Part shown: piece after piece, positions 11,801 through 26,949 of the stretch
Layout: every line of letters begins with the position of its first letter
Position numbering within the stretch: position 1 is the first letter of the stretch
Assembly: GCA_905178155.1 (NCBI GenBank)
Contig: CAJINV010000005.1
Coordinates: 3,757,697 to 3,821,696 of the forward strand
Source of the DNA: Amoebophrya sp. A120
Lineage: Eukaryota; Protista; Dinoflagellata
DNA: 64,000 bases
Direction: 5' to 3'
Notes under the pieces: generated by a model
Seen by the model: only the letters and a program-made list of their open reading frames with translations
Told to the model about the DNA's origin: nothing
Database searches by the model: none
Translations under genes and position numbers: made by a program

Positions 11801-13989
11801 CCAGTACCACCGTTGGTCTTGTAGTTTTCATCTTGTTCCTGCCGTTGTTCTCCTGCTGTTGCGGTTATTTCCTTCTGCGATGCGGCCTCGACCGTACTGG
11901 TCGCTCTATTTCCGCTTTTTGGAGGCATCCCCGGGCGAAAAGCAGAAGTAGCCCCTGCCGTCAAGGTTGACGTTGTATCACACTTTTTGATCGTGATGTC
12001 TCGCAAAGCGGCCTCCGGGCCCAGGGTGGCAAGGGAAGTTGCGATTCTTTTGCACCACAGGAAATTCTGGTGCTCGGAATGATTTAGTTTCCCTCGGCTT
12101 AAAGCGGATCCATCATGCGTTGCGGACGCAGGATCGTCTCCTGCTTCGCAGCCCAGCACAATCCGAATCTTGTAGGAGAGCGGAGCTTCAGCTTGTTCAC
12201 TACCGCAACTCATCTCTGCGGAAGCAGAAAAAGAGCCTCCGTGTTGTTGATCCGCTAACAACCCCAGAGATCGCCTTGAGGAGCGGGCACTTGCCAGGGC
12301 GTAGCTCGCTGTGAAATCCAAATCTGCTTTATTGGAAGATCCCGCCGCTGCACCAACTCCAGCAACATCGGCACTCGAAGAGGCTGGCGAGGAGGAAGAA
12401 CTTGAAAAATTTCCTGCCACGCGCTGCCCGATTGTGCTGTTGTTCCGGTGCGACACGTGCTGCTCGTTGGTCAGCAGAAGTGTCTCGGCGATGAAGTGGT
12501 TGAGTTCTGTCTTCCTTTTCACATGAGCGGATATCGAAGAAAAGGAGGAGGTAGTAGAGGGAGCCGCAGCTTTTGATGTTCTCCCCTGTACTAGATGACC
12601 GGTCCTATTTGTTCTTCCAGCACAATCTCCGCCTGCGAGCTCGGAAAGCAGCGCTTGCAGGTGCGGGTCTGATTGGAAATCGTTTTTCCTACCATTCAGG
12701 AACAAACAGGTCAGCACGCCAGTCTTCCGGTTCGTCACTTGAACTTGTGGCCCTGGTGCAGCTCCCGGGTGTAGTTCTTCTTGCTGTGCGTCCCTCTGCC
12801 GGGATCTCGCGGAGTCCGGTTCATCTCGCAGAGGCTGAGCTTGTTGATGTTGCCCCGTCGGTGCCCGATTTGATGAATTGCCCACAGGAAGAGTAGTAGC
12901 GACAACGCCTGAGGAGTCCTCACTAGTGACGAAGACTCGCAAAGCGATTGCACTGTAGAAATTATCGCTGCTAGTACCGGTAAATTCGTCGTTCTCGTTT
13001 TCATTCGTTGAAGCTACAGCTTTATCCAAAATGATCCTCGGCAAAACCGCCTCCAAGAATTCCTCTCTTCTGTGTACCGCGACCCGTTTCCGCGGCAAAG
13101 CTTTGCCTTTCCACAGCCCGGAGTGCACATCGGTGAAGGATTCTGGGTAGGATCCGCGAAGCAAGTCGTCCAGTTGCGCGCCCTGCTGGCTGTGATGAGC
13201 GGCGGCAGGCGCAGAAGCAGTCCTGCCGGATGTCGAAGTCCTGCTTGCCGTTCCATTTCCAGTCGCGGTTGTACTAGTGCCCATGCCTACTTCATCCTTC
13301 AGTCCTTGACAGCTGATTTCAATGTGCGGTAGCGGTTGAAAGGGTGCAGGTGCAGCAGACGCACCTCCAGGCGCTTCTGTCTGTTCCGAGGGCCCGAGTT
13401 GATGAAAGGCCGACACTGAGGCGGCACTCGTGCTACTACTTGAACATCGCCCTCGCCCACATGCAGCTGCTCCGTCTATTGGTCTGTTCGCCGGGAAAAG
13501 CGCTGCGGCTAATCCACCGAGAAAATTCGCCCGCCAATCCCCGCTTTTGCCGGATAGTGCGGCGATGTAGGGGTTTGAATTTGCGGTGTAGGACAAACGA
13601 CCTGCAATTTGATGACCATTAGAAGGCATATTGCAGAAGAAGATCGTTTCTCTTCCCCCGGTCTGCAACCGCCTGATCAAGCTACTAAACAACCGCTGCC
13701 GCGTCCAATACGTCGCTAGTTCGGCGGGTGCGTAGGTCCGAAGTAAGGCGTTGCTAGGAGGACGAGGAGCGCTGTCGTCACCTGCTTCTTTGCTGGCATT
13801 CGGATTTTCGCTGCCGGTCCTTGTTGAGACAGTAGGGCCAGCGGTAGGAGTTGCTCTTGCAGCAGCTCCACCCGCGGGAGAGCAGAAATGCGCTTCCACA
13901 TCGGTCTCGCATCGCAGACGGTTGCTTTCCTGCAGCTGCCGGGGACCAGAAAACGTCCCGCCGAGTGAGCTGCGGTGGCTGGTATTCAT
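8872..13989 (-). CDS. large hypothetical protein (1705 aa), low complexity, possible degenerate LRR/RNI-like segments in the C-terminal third
   Basis: uninterrupted 5.1-kb ORF; LERLVIS, LKCLEL, LEHLAV and LRILEF segments; no family recognised. Confidence 0.75.
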   Translation of the reverse strand: MNTSHRSSLGGTFSGPRQLQESNRLRCETDVEAHFCSPAGGAAARATPTAGPTVSTRTGSENPNASKEAGDDSAPRPPSNALLRTYAPAELATYWTRQRLFSSLIRRLQTGGRETIFFCNMPSNGHQIAGRLSYTANSNPYIAALSGKSGDWRANFLGGLAAALFPANRPIDGAAACGRGRCSSSSTSAASVSAFHQLGPSEQTEAPGGASAAPAPFQPLPHIEISCQGLKDEVGMGTSTTATGNGTASRTSTSGRTASAPAAAHHSQQGAQLDDLLRGSYPESFTDVHSGLWKGKALPRKRVAVHRREEFLEAVLPRIILDKAVASTNENENDEFTGTSSDNFYSAIALRVFVTSEDSSGVVATTLPVGNSSNRAPTGQHQQAQPLRDEPDSARSRQRDAQQEELHPGAAPGPQVQVTNRKTGVLTCLFLNGRKNDFQSDPHLQALLSELAGGDCAGRTNRTGHLVQGRTSKAAAPSTTSSFSSISAHVKRKTELNHFIAETLLLTNEQHVSHRNNSTIGQRVAGNFSSSSSSPASSSADVAGVGAAAGSSNKADLDFTASYALASARSSRRSLGLLADQQHGGSFSASAEMSCGSEQAEAPLSYKIRIVLGCEAGDDPASATHDGSALSRGKLNHSEHQNFLWCKRIATSLATLGPEAALRDITIKKCDTTSTLTAGATSAFRPGMPPKSGNRATSTVEAASQKEITATAGEQRQEQDENYKTNGGTGGGAGFFSVPGVPDREQIRHLLWSAASQYGATSNITVNREDAPTSTSGSAVASCGGRHTHTHTAAAGGGGGPPQKAYPFAPTLTRRRASTVSSLNSVTNIKVDTVVAAVGAKLQKKLDEAKAAILLEDEKLVLQEEMEELRLDVLLRGSSSPPGGVDAPGDEVPVASSGFARPGGPVLKVVKQQDQKNAKQILGGDVIGSREKRIKSDFSSHTQSFVCHSSKPERLDNLREQVDKRRRLCDQAERLHEAIVNGSSATDAEFFRAEDLLEGDDSNGDHRPPEVKRVGITEDEDEELHLYHNPTTLSSLERNVDALDSLVTKCLDENKSKSTKGGTSPTTTPVVLFQERVAKVVAAMQACELRQMKQMSLEAAEYQGAGGGGDDLDFIYIGTNDHRETTANFRRENVDLNKKCSSSCEKSSTSYDNWKISVFGDAIKKHDYVPMELRQQLAVVNISGADEEEKLLQEAMDNSTETTPNPQRQQDQTFAKPVKTIKRRFLAQQDRKTSDRELVQHLIHHLPPDTGISDATFAHLKAPNLSELHYATVLEPGSWHSLERFAFVCAAHADTLERLVISGNGAIAETLKVILPLFGENLKCLELVFEFECQVEDFCSELEKSMLMTLGSKKQQVGAPLPSVLSREGHVKTTVRVSVRRGRGAVQGSSINTRSTRAAGGTSARNYQQTRGGHDLLRTDRAQFQLPPKLIIGTVCGRKINKRQYDEAELLAQQTAAGTKTDFHNIDSPRSSCKSQAQRRTLSPAVIAKLIRTILHSHKTLEHLAVDESLTSEALLRLCQEVVQVVKLQPNEDKGRRTSAAGIQPPAAPNKQKKDVKKKTRRARPEPPFAGELRILEFDQSVLSFQAVGMFLRTILGGGSGNSQQVLGDGDHDRQILFPALEFFHVSIPKLHNDENFDADEFFSEDQVQDKVNTKKDTTTSALVTSNLPTSLAQLCREAAKVMAQERKKEINIPGVLMSMEKIMS

Positions 13990-15467
13990 TCTGACAGACC
14001 TGACTGCAACGGAATCGAAAGTTTGTGATTTGAATGTTTTTCAACGAAAACCAAGGAATATGGAGTAGAAACCTGACCTGCTCTTTCTTCTATTCGGTTG
14101 CTGCAGCGAAAATGGCGGTAAAAAACCCTCGAACAGGTCCACGCTCATGTCAATGAGGAAAAGAAATCAATAAAAACGCCCCGACCGCTGCACCAAACCT
14201 CAAAAAAGCAATTTGGGGTATTTGCGAGTATCAAAATTCCTCGGTGCACCAGCACCAGAATATCTCTCAAAGAGAAACTCAATTTGCTTGTTTCCGCTCA
14301 ACAACGTACTTGTTGCGTGCCCAAATCTAGGATGCCCTCGTGTTGCGCCCTCACCAACAAGAGCAGCCGCTCTTTTTCGGCTCGAGGATAAATGATGAAA
14401 CCATCAGTCATGCAGGGCCGGAAAGAACTTCAGAATAGCTCTGCCGTATCAGCAGTGGCAGTGCGGGAATCTTTTTCCTCGAATGCAGCGACCTGTCAGA
14501 CTGGATAACTTTTATGTAAAAAGATAGAAGAAAACGATAACTACAAATCCGCTTCTACCCCCTTCCAAACAAAGGCATTGGGAAGCAAAGGATGAGCTGA
14601 AGCATATATAACAGGCAGAAGTTGTCTTCCACGTCTGTGAAAAAATTCTATGCTACATGATCATGCTTGGCACAGTCTGCAGTAGTTGCGAGCGACGTTG
14701 CACTGGCCGCAGACAAAGACATGCGCCGAAGTTATAGCAAAACCCATCCGCGCCAGAAGGTCACGGAAGCTGCTCGCCCTTTCGCTCCACGCTCAGCAAC
14801 AGATCTGCACGCCACTCATCAAGGTCCCCCGAGAAACGCGAAGCAAGCTGCCACATAAATTGTATAATTGAGAACGCGCCTCGATCGTTGTCGCTTCGTG
14901 CACGGGGGTGCACCAGATTGGAGGACACAGGTCCGCCGTAAAGTCGCTTTGATGGTTCTCTCTGGCAGTAATATGATCTTATTCCGAAAGTGGCATACGT
15001 TGGTGGTAGTTGCCTGCGTTCACAGGTTCATAAGGATGCTCTTTCACAGGAGCGAGGCAATGTCTGTGTGCGTACTTTGGTGCGCCCTCGACTTACATAT
15101 AATCATACAATCCGACCTACAGTCGTGCAATCCTTTGGCGTACCCAGAAAATACTTAATCACACAGTCCTACACTCTAACAGGTAAAGATTGATTTGAAA
15201 ACTAGCTCTGGCAGCAACTACGAGATCGACCACAATTCTAGCGAAAGCGTAACATCATCTCGAAAGATGATAGTAGATAAGCGACGATTTTCACAGAATT
15301 CGAAGGACAAAGATGAGCAGAAGCATTTCAAGCAGGCAGAACCAGAATTCTATAGCACTGCTGTGATGTCTGTCCTCTGGCAATAAATTCTACACCACGA
15401 AATCATTATCGATCGCAGCTGTGCAGTAGATTTTCTCACACACGCAGGAGCACGGCTACTGGGTTCT

Positions 15468-16184
15468 TCAGGGATTAGAATACATGTAGTGTTGCGTTGG
15501 AGCTTGCGCCGGATACACGGCATCACGCGCCAGCGCTGTACAGCACTTATCATATGCGTCCTCGCACGACCCAATCGCACAACCTGCGCAACAACCACCC
15601 CCGCAACATACTGAAATAATTCCCCCGACCCCAGCACCCGGACAACCGCCAAAGACGTACCCAGTGCCGGCACCGATCGCCAAACAACCGGCACCAGCGC
15701 CCGTCCAACAGGCTCCCTCACGGCAGCTCTTTCCCGCTTCCTCGGCCGCCAAAGGACGCTGGTCAATACCGTCCGCCCTGTCAGTGGCGGGTTTACAGTA
15801 AGGGCAGCAGCCGGCGCCAAAACGCTGCAGTAGGACTGTGCGAGGCAGACGGCCGTCCCCGGCTCCGGTCGGTCGAGAAACAGCAGCAGGGGAGCCGGCA
15901 GCTGCTTGACCACCACCAGCAGCAGCAGCAGGGGCACCAGCAGCAGCAGGGGCGCCAGCAGCAGCAGCAGGGGCACCAGTAGCAGCGGCAGCAGCCGGGT
16001 CAGCAGCAGGGGGGTTCAGCAGCGGTAGCGGTAGTTCACGCGCTCCGTTAGGAAGTCCGACGGTCAGATGCAGTCCCTGCACGTGCACCACGCCCGTAGA
16101 AGTCATCAGGCAGAAGTGCTGCACAACAAAGTGCAGAGAGGAGAGAACGGCGAAAACCGTACGTAGGGACGTCATGGTGATCAA
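15468..16184 (-). CDS. putative secreted or membrane protein with an Ala/Pro linker and a Cys/Gly-rich C-terminus
   Basis: 238-aa ORF with hydrophobic N-terminus, GAPAAAA repeats, and CC-rich region (GCCPYC, CCGGGCCAGC). Confidence 0.6.
   Translation of the reverse strand: MITMTSLRTVFAVLSSLHFVVQHFCLMTSTGVVHVQGLHLTVGLPNGARELPLPLLNPPAADPAAAAATGAPAAAAGAPAAAGAPAAAAGGGQAAAGSPAAVSRPTGAGDGRLPRTVLLQRFGAGCCPYCKPATDRADGIDQRPLAAEEAGKSCREGACWTGAGAGCLAIGAGTGYVFGGCPGAGVGGIISVCCGGGCCAGCAIGSCEDAYDKCCTALARDAVYPAQAPTQHYMYSNP
15915..15990. repeat. coding minisatellite, 18-21-bp units encoding GAPAAA(A)
   Basis: repeated CCAGCAGCAGCAGGGGC(A/G). Confidence 0.75.
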
Positions 16185-16799
16185 GGAGAGATGGCTGAGT
16201 GAGTAACTGGTTGCAAAAAAGCTGCTGTAGTGATGTTGCTTCGATGTAGTGTACGTAGTACTTTTTGCGATCCTCGAGTATTAAAGTGCTCAACTAGAGC
16301 GATGTGGGCTAGTTGTAGACTGTAGACAGATGCTCGTATTGTAAACGCAAAGCCGGTTGATGGTTTGCAAAAACACAACTCCAACAATAAAGATTCTTCT
16401 TGATCATCCATCCCAGGATCCATTTTTACTAGTGCTAGAGCGTCCGCGATCTTGTTCGTGTTCTCTACATTTGTCATTTCCACGAGTCGAGCGACGCTGG
16501 TCAAACCGATTCTTGGCACTGAATACCGCTCCTTTACTAGATCAGAACAAAAATTTGGAAAAGAAACCTTTTTGCTCAGATGCTGCAAGACCGAATTTTG
16601 CAGCTTGATCTGGATCAAAAAATCTTCTGGGACTACTTTTCACGAGAGGATCCATCTCTTTTATGCTGCACGACCTGGCTTTTGAGCTTGATCTACGTCA
16701 TGGTCGAGGAACGGCACACGTATACTTTTTTTCGTACGACCAAAGGATAAGGATCGCACATCTTCTACAATCAGATAATAATAGCTGCACCAAGAATCC

Positions 16800-19700
16800 T
16801 CACACGTGGCCCAACTCCCCCTCGCTCTCGTCCGCCGGAAAGTCGTCTGTAACCGCCGGCAGCCACGTGATTGGGTGGTGCCCGATTCTTCCGAGCAACC
16901 CAAAGTTGCAGAACAACGCACGGACCCCGGCGGGAAGTTGATAATGGTGTTCCGTTTTTGGGCGTTTGTGGGCGGAGGAACCGCCGTCTTCCGAGACGTT
17001 TCGACCGCACGAGCCCCGTGGCGCGCCCACCTGCATCCCCAGTGCCATTGCCAGCGCACGCCACAGCAGCTGCTCCTGCTGCCCTGTAAGTTTCTGCGAA
17101 GGAAAAAGCGGTCCGCCTTCATCGAGTCGCAAAAATTCCGGGTCCGACATATGGCCTACTCAGCTGGAGAGACCATCGTCAAGTGGAACGATGTTGTAAA
17201 CCGGTCAGAATTACTCTACTAACTTCTTCTTCATACATATGAAACGGAAGAACGCAAATAAACCATATTGCTCCAACTTCTGCATCGAAAAATTGAACGA
17301 ACTTCAAAGCGGTGCTAAATATCATATTAGATATTGTACTGTTGAGCTGATGTGCAACTAAGACTATAGGCAGATGCAGATCATCGGCATTCTGCATCAC
17401 AAAACGTTCCATTTGAGATTGTTATCCAACCGAGCATGTGATACGCCAGCAGCTTCTCCTCTGTTTGCCAGCCCACCAAGTTCACTTGCCTGCTCAAGGC
17501 ATCGGTACTCGCACTGGTGTGCAAAGAATTCGCCTTCGTGAGGTCGAAGCCCGCACGTTCCGCGATCCTCTTCATGTCCTCACCCCACCTGAGGGACGAA
17601 CCCACGGCGCCCGCAGCGTGAAAGACTAGCGAGTTCTTGTTTGGGTACAGAGCTTGGAGCAGTTCGTTCAGAAACAACACCTCGTCATCCCAGCTCAGCA
17701 GCACCATCATGCTTTCCATGCACATTTGCGCCCGCTCGAGACTCTGCTCTGCTGGAAGCACCTCTACACCAGCGCCGTCGTTCTCGTTGGCACCATCATG
17801 CATGTACGGGTGGTAGCCCGCGCACTTCTCCGTGTAGGCGTTTCCCCACCCGCACGCACACAACGCCTGCGTGAGCGGTAGTTCATTGTAGTCCTTGGGA
17901 CTGTCTACGACGTGGCTCTCGTTCTTTTTCACGAAGAACTCCGGCACTTCAACTTCGTCGAGGCATTTCTGTCCCCACCGGAGAAACACGGCTCGGAATC
18001 CCTCCATGCCGCCCGCCAGGTGGTAGTAACCCCGGCCGCGGGCGTGCTGCGGGTAGCTCGTGCCTTCATCCAGGTGTCGAGCCTCACAGGGCGGCAAGGC
18101 TTCTTTTTGAAGATGCGAGTTGTCTTCACCAGAGTCTGCAATTGGCTCCGAAGATGTTGAAGAAGAAGTGGAACTAGAGGAACCCGAATTTTTTCCAGGA
18201 GGACCAGCTGCATTTTTCCCATTCCGGCCTGTGTGGACATGACAGACGCTGTCCTTGTCCGCGTTCGCCAGGAAGCTCGCGTAGACAACCGAAAGCGTGA
18301 CTTCTTCTTGTTTGAAATAAGCTACATCGTTGCTATGATGTTGCGACTGGGTCGGCGAGAAGAAGTTCACTTGCCTGTCCGCTTCCTCCGCTACCGGACC
18401 CCGGAGAAACGCGGTGGCGCTCGTTTCGGTGGCGCCGCACCGAATGTTGCTGCTCGACAAAGGGTGCAGCTCGATCAATGTTCGCACCGCGTCGTCGATA
18501 GATTCCGCGTGCCGCACAGAATGACAGGCGCGGGCACTGCCAGTAGCTGGCTTGTCGTTCTTGAGGCTGGAGGACTCCGCCGCCCACACCTGGTGCCAGT
18601 TGTCACACACCCGCAGCAGGTTCTGGAAGGGTGGGAAATCTTGCAGCGTTTGCTTTACAGTGCTTGAGGCGCCCCCTTCCTCGTCGTTGTAAACTGTGTC
18701 GTTCATAATTTGCGGTATCGCGAAGGCAATCTGCGCGCTCGCGCCGCCCATGGAAAACATGTTGTGTTCCTGAATGGCGATGGCCTCCAGCTTGGCTTCC
18801 TCCCATCCGTGCAAAACGCGCATGTGGTGCGACCGCTGCAGCGTCGGCCCACGGTTCCCGTACGTGTTCAACGAGAAAACGGCCTGCTCAAATCTTTTCA
18901 AAATTTCGTTCGGCTCGTCCGCTCGGAGGCGCGCGCCAGCGGTTGCGTAGCCGAAAACTTTCACTGGGAAAGCGCCCGTCTTCACGGATTCTTCGGAAAA
19001 GTTGGTGTCGTTGGCGACACGAATGCGACTTGCTAAGTCGAAAACGAGAGACTTGGCGGCGAGTTTGCAGGGGTTGGTCGTTTTTTGCTCTGATGTTTCT
19101 TGTTCATCATCTCCATCGTCGGTCGAAGATGACAGTTGTGTCGGCGCACGACCACACGCGACTAAAATGTCGTCGACTTCTGTCGCGCAGCCGGCGCCAG
19201 GAACAAATTCCAAGGTGTTTGGCTTAATGAAAGATGGTAACAGCTGCAGCACCGTCGTTCTCGTATAATTATCCCGCTCTTGTCCTACTTCTACTACTCC
19301 AATAGGATGATCCTCGCTAGTACTCCGGCGGCACCGCTGCAGCACCTTCGCTCGAGTCCCGGAGCTGCCGATGTCCAGTCCGATCCACAGTTGGAGCATC
19401 GGGCAATTGCCGGCGTCAACTGTGCAGGTTCTTGGGCGAGGATCGTGGTTTTGTTCTTCGGAAGTTGAATTTATTTTCCCATCACTGTAGTTATCATCGT
19501 CGGCGGTCGAGGTAGTTGTAGCTTGATGCGCCCCAACAGACGCGTCCTCCTGTTTCTGCGAAAAGGAAGCGAGAAACGTCGGCGCTGCAAAGTTTTTTTT
19601 GGGTAATTCCGAAACAACCGGCCGTCCTAAGCCGTCAAACCGTTCAACATATGTGGCGGAGGAGGTAGATGTTCCGGCTTGATGTTGTAGCTCTTGCTGC

Positions 19701-19894
19701 AGCTTCTTGCCACCAGGAGCACCAGCGCGGTCCTGCAGAAGATGGTTTTGTTTATGCGTCTGATGTTCATTTTTGTGGTCTTTTTTCCGAGTGGCAGCTC
19801 CCTCACCCGTCACCAGCTGCACTTGGATGGAGGAGGTGGATGCCACTGCGAGTGCCGACGCCAGAAGCGTTCTAGTAGCCCGGGCGTGTAACAT
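16800..19894 (-). CDS. secreted GDA1/CD39-family NTPDase (apyrase)
   Basis: apyrase conserved regions GLDIGSSGTR, YATAGAR, VLHGWEEA, SMGGASAQIAF; signal-peptide-like MLHARATRTLLASALAVA from 19894; last exon (ORF 16800-17150) and its intron (about 17156-17430) are tentative. Confidence 0.8.
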
Positions 19895-20997
19895 CTTGGA
19901 CGTCGTGGGTGTTGTCAGAAATTGTTCAATTTCATACCGAAAAGCTTTCCCGGTTCGGAAGCGGTCCGCTTTAAGCGAATCTTGGTGCGATAGCGATACC
20001 ACATAATTGCATCAACAAGATTTAACAAAAATCTTTATTTGCAATTGTCATGACACGAGTACATCACAATGGCAAGCACGATAGCATACATTCGGGATGA
20101 TCATCCAGACACCTCATTGTCAAGCCCGCCCACGATCGTTATTAGCACGAAGAAACCGCCCAATACGAGCACGATACGAAACCAAAGGATAGAAATAACA
20201 TGGCATCCTCGGTGGAAAAACGACAACGATTGTCATACTTCATTGACGACCCGCCAACCCACACCACGCACGACAAAGCCTCGATACCCTGAAGATGAGA
20301 ACCTCCGCCTCCGGCGGCGCATTTAGAACTTTAACTTGAGCCGGCAAAATCCAACTACGTCGCCCGGTACCTTTCTGTCGCGTGGCGCTTTTTATCAATC
20401 ACTTTCACTTACTACTTTTTCACTTATTGGACAAAGAAAGCAGTCTGTAGCTGTTTTTTGATATTCATAGTTGAAAACAAGACCGCGCTCACTTGTTTTA
20501 GTTGTACATTTAGAAACCTGAAACAGGCTCGCAAAATTTATTTTTCGTGATCTTGATCTTCCATCAAAAACTAGCGGAGCAGGCTCCTGCTTGTGCGTTC
20601 ACGTTACGTATACATCTACATACCATAACAACAATACTATCAAGCCCTCGTTCATTCTACTTTTCCTCGCAAATCCGAAAGATATTTTTCGTCGCTAATT
20701 GTCTACTTTGGCATCTTCATCATATATCAACATTATGGCGCGAAATTGTCAAACTTGGAAAATGGGCAAATCAGTGCAACAAGCTGGAAGTCTTGCAACA
20801 GACTCCACTTCGTTCAGAAGATAAATTTGGTACTTGCGCTTTTGTCTGAATGCGCAGACAGAAACAAAGAACTTTGTAGCAGCAGGAGGAACGAGAGTGG
20901 CGAGAACGAAAATAAATTCGTTTGGAAATTGTTTTTCGCCCTGGCGGTTCTAGCTCGGCTGCACATGTTCATCAAAAGGAGCCCAGTCTTCCAGGAT

Positions 20998-25347
<4,350 letters not shown>

Positions 25348-26949
25348 TTTGATAAAATGGTGGAGTGGAAATTTAGGTACTGACCACGACACGACGAGAA
25401 GTAGGTGATGCGCGAAAAATGGGCCTAGAGCGGACCGGAAGCCAAAGCCCAAACGGTTCGAGTAGCCGCCCGCATGTTCAAGCTGGTGCTGGTGTACATG
25501 ATGCGTTTATGTCAAGACACGCATCTTCGACGTTTTGGTCAGTTGTAGAACTTTTTTCAACTACATCTTCGAACGAAGAAAACTACACCCGTGAGACAAC
25601 GAACCGCGGCTACGTTTACACACGAAACTCTACGCCCGGTTGTTTCCAAAGGACAAGAAGACCCGTAGAGGCCGCTCCATAGCGGCACTACGTCTCAATG
25701 GCTTCCCAGATGAAACATGCTTGACCACGATGTTAGGCAAAGAACTACGCACAGTATACATAGTAACGAATTACGCTCGACGTCCCCCACGTCGTACCAT
25801 TGTGCGTCAACACCGGGCGAACAGATACCTTTTCAGACAAAAGCAACATCAAAAAGCCGTGGACAGTTGCCCGCCGTTCAATAGACCGCTGCTGCGTGTG
25901 TTTGGAGAGATTTGTCTGTGCTTTGGTTCGTCAAATGCGCCGTCTTGTTTAGTTGTTAGTTTAAATTTCGGCCAGAACCAGTAAGGTCGAGACCTTTCAG
26001 AACAAAGGCAAAGTTTTTCGCAAAAGTTAAACCCCTTACGTCATAGGCGATGTAGGACCGTCGTGGTGACACAAATACAAGTGCCCATGTCAGAATTGAC
26101 TTGCAACTTAGCTTACCTTACGCAAGCTCATGAGACGCAGCACTGAAACCGATACTGATGCTCCCTTAAATTCAAAAATAAAGTGGGAAAAATTTGGCAC
26201 TGATGTCGAAAATGTGACACATAAATAGAGGAAGTAATTAGATGAACATCCTGTGAGGTTTTGCGGGCGCAAGAGAAACTGAACAAACAGAGAAGAACTA
26301 ATACAGCCGAAAATTTTCAAAATTGTACATAATAGATTTGTCGGCATTAAAGTCCTTAGGTCGTCGCAAGAGCAGTTTAACTGTACAATATTTAGTAATA
26401 TGCGTTTATTGAGATCAAGAATGAAATGATAGAACAAAAAGCCGGTAGTGTATTCGGGATTAAGTATAGATAATTAGTCGCCCACTGGGACGACCGGGGG
26501 CGCAAGCAAAAGGAGCAACGCCGGCGTCTGCAGATGAGACGTTTAGTAGAGAAGTAAGAAAGTAGACTTACTTGTTGGATCTTCTCTAACGAGGAGTAGA
26601 CATTTCCTTTTTCTTAGTTCACAGTCATGCGAGTGCACCCCTATGACTACAAAACTGTAAGAGTCGCCGATTCTTTCAGTTTGTCAATTACTTCCAGTCA
26701 TCGGCCCAGCGCTTGACTTTTCAGAGTTTGAGTTGAAGTTCTTGTTCTATTTTTTACATAGATATAACCATAGAATAAAGATGTGATCGCCTCTTTCGGA
26801 TCCTCTACCTGCTCCTGTTTCAAAACTCCATTTGGAGGAAAGACTTTTTTGTATCTCCGAGGTAGAGGACAAAAGCGGGATAGTACTTTAGATGCAGCTG
26901 TATGTTGACCATACTACTTCATGAGGAGAAATCTTCCCGATTTTTGCAC

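Noticed and set aside
16181-16618. 145-aa minus-strand ORF between two genes
   Set aside because: No recognisable motif, and the codon style is unlike neighbouring genes; it may be UTR or intergenic.
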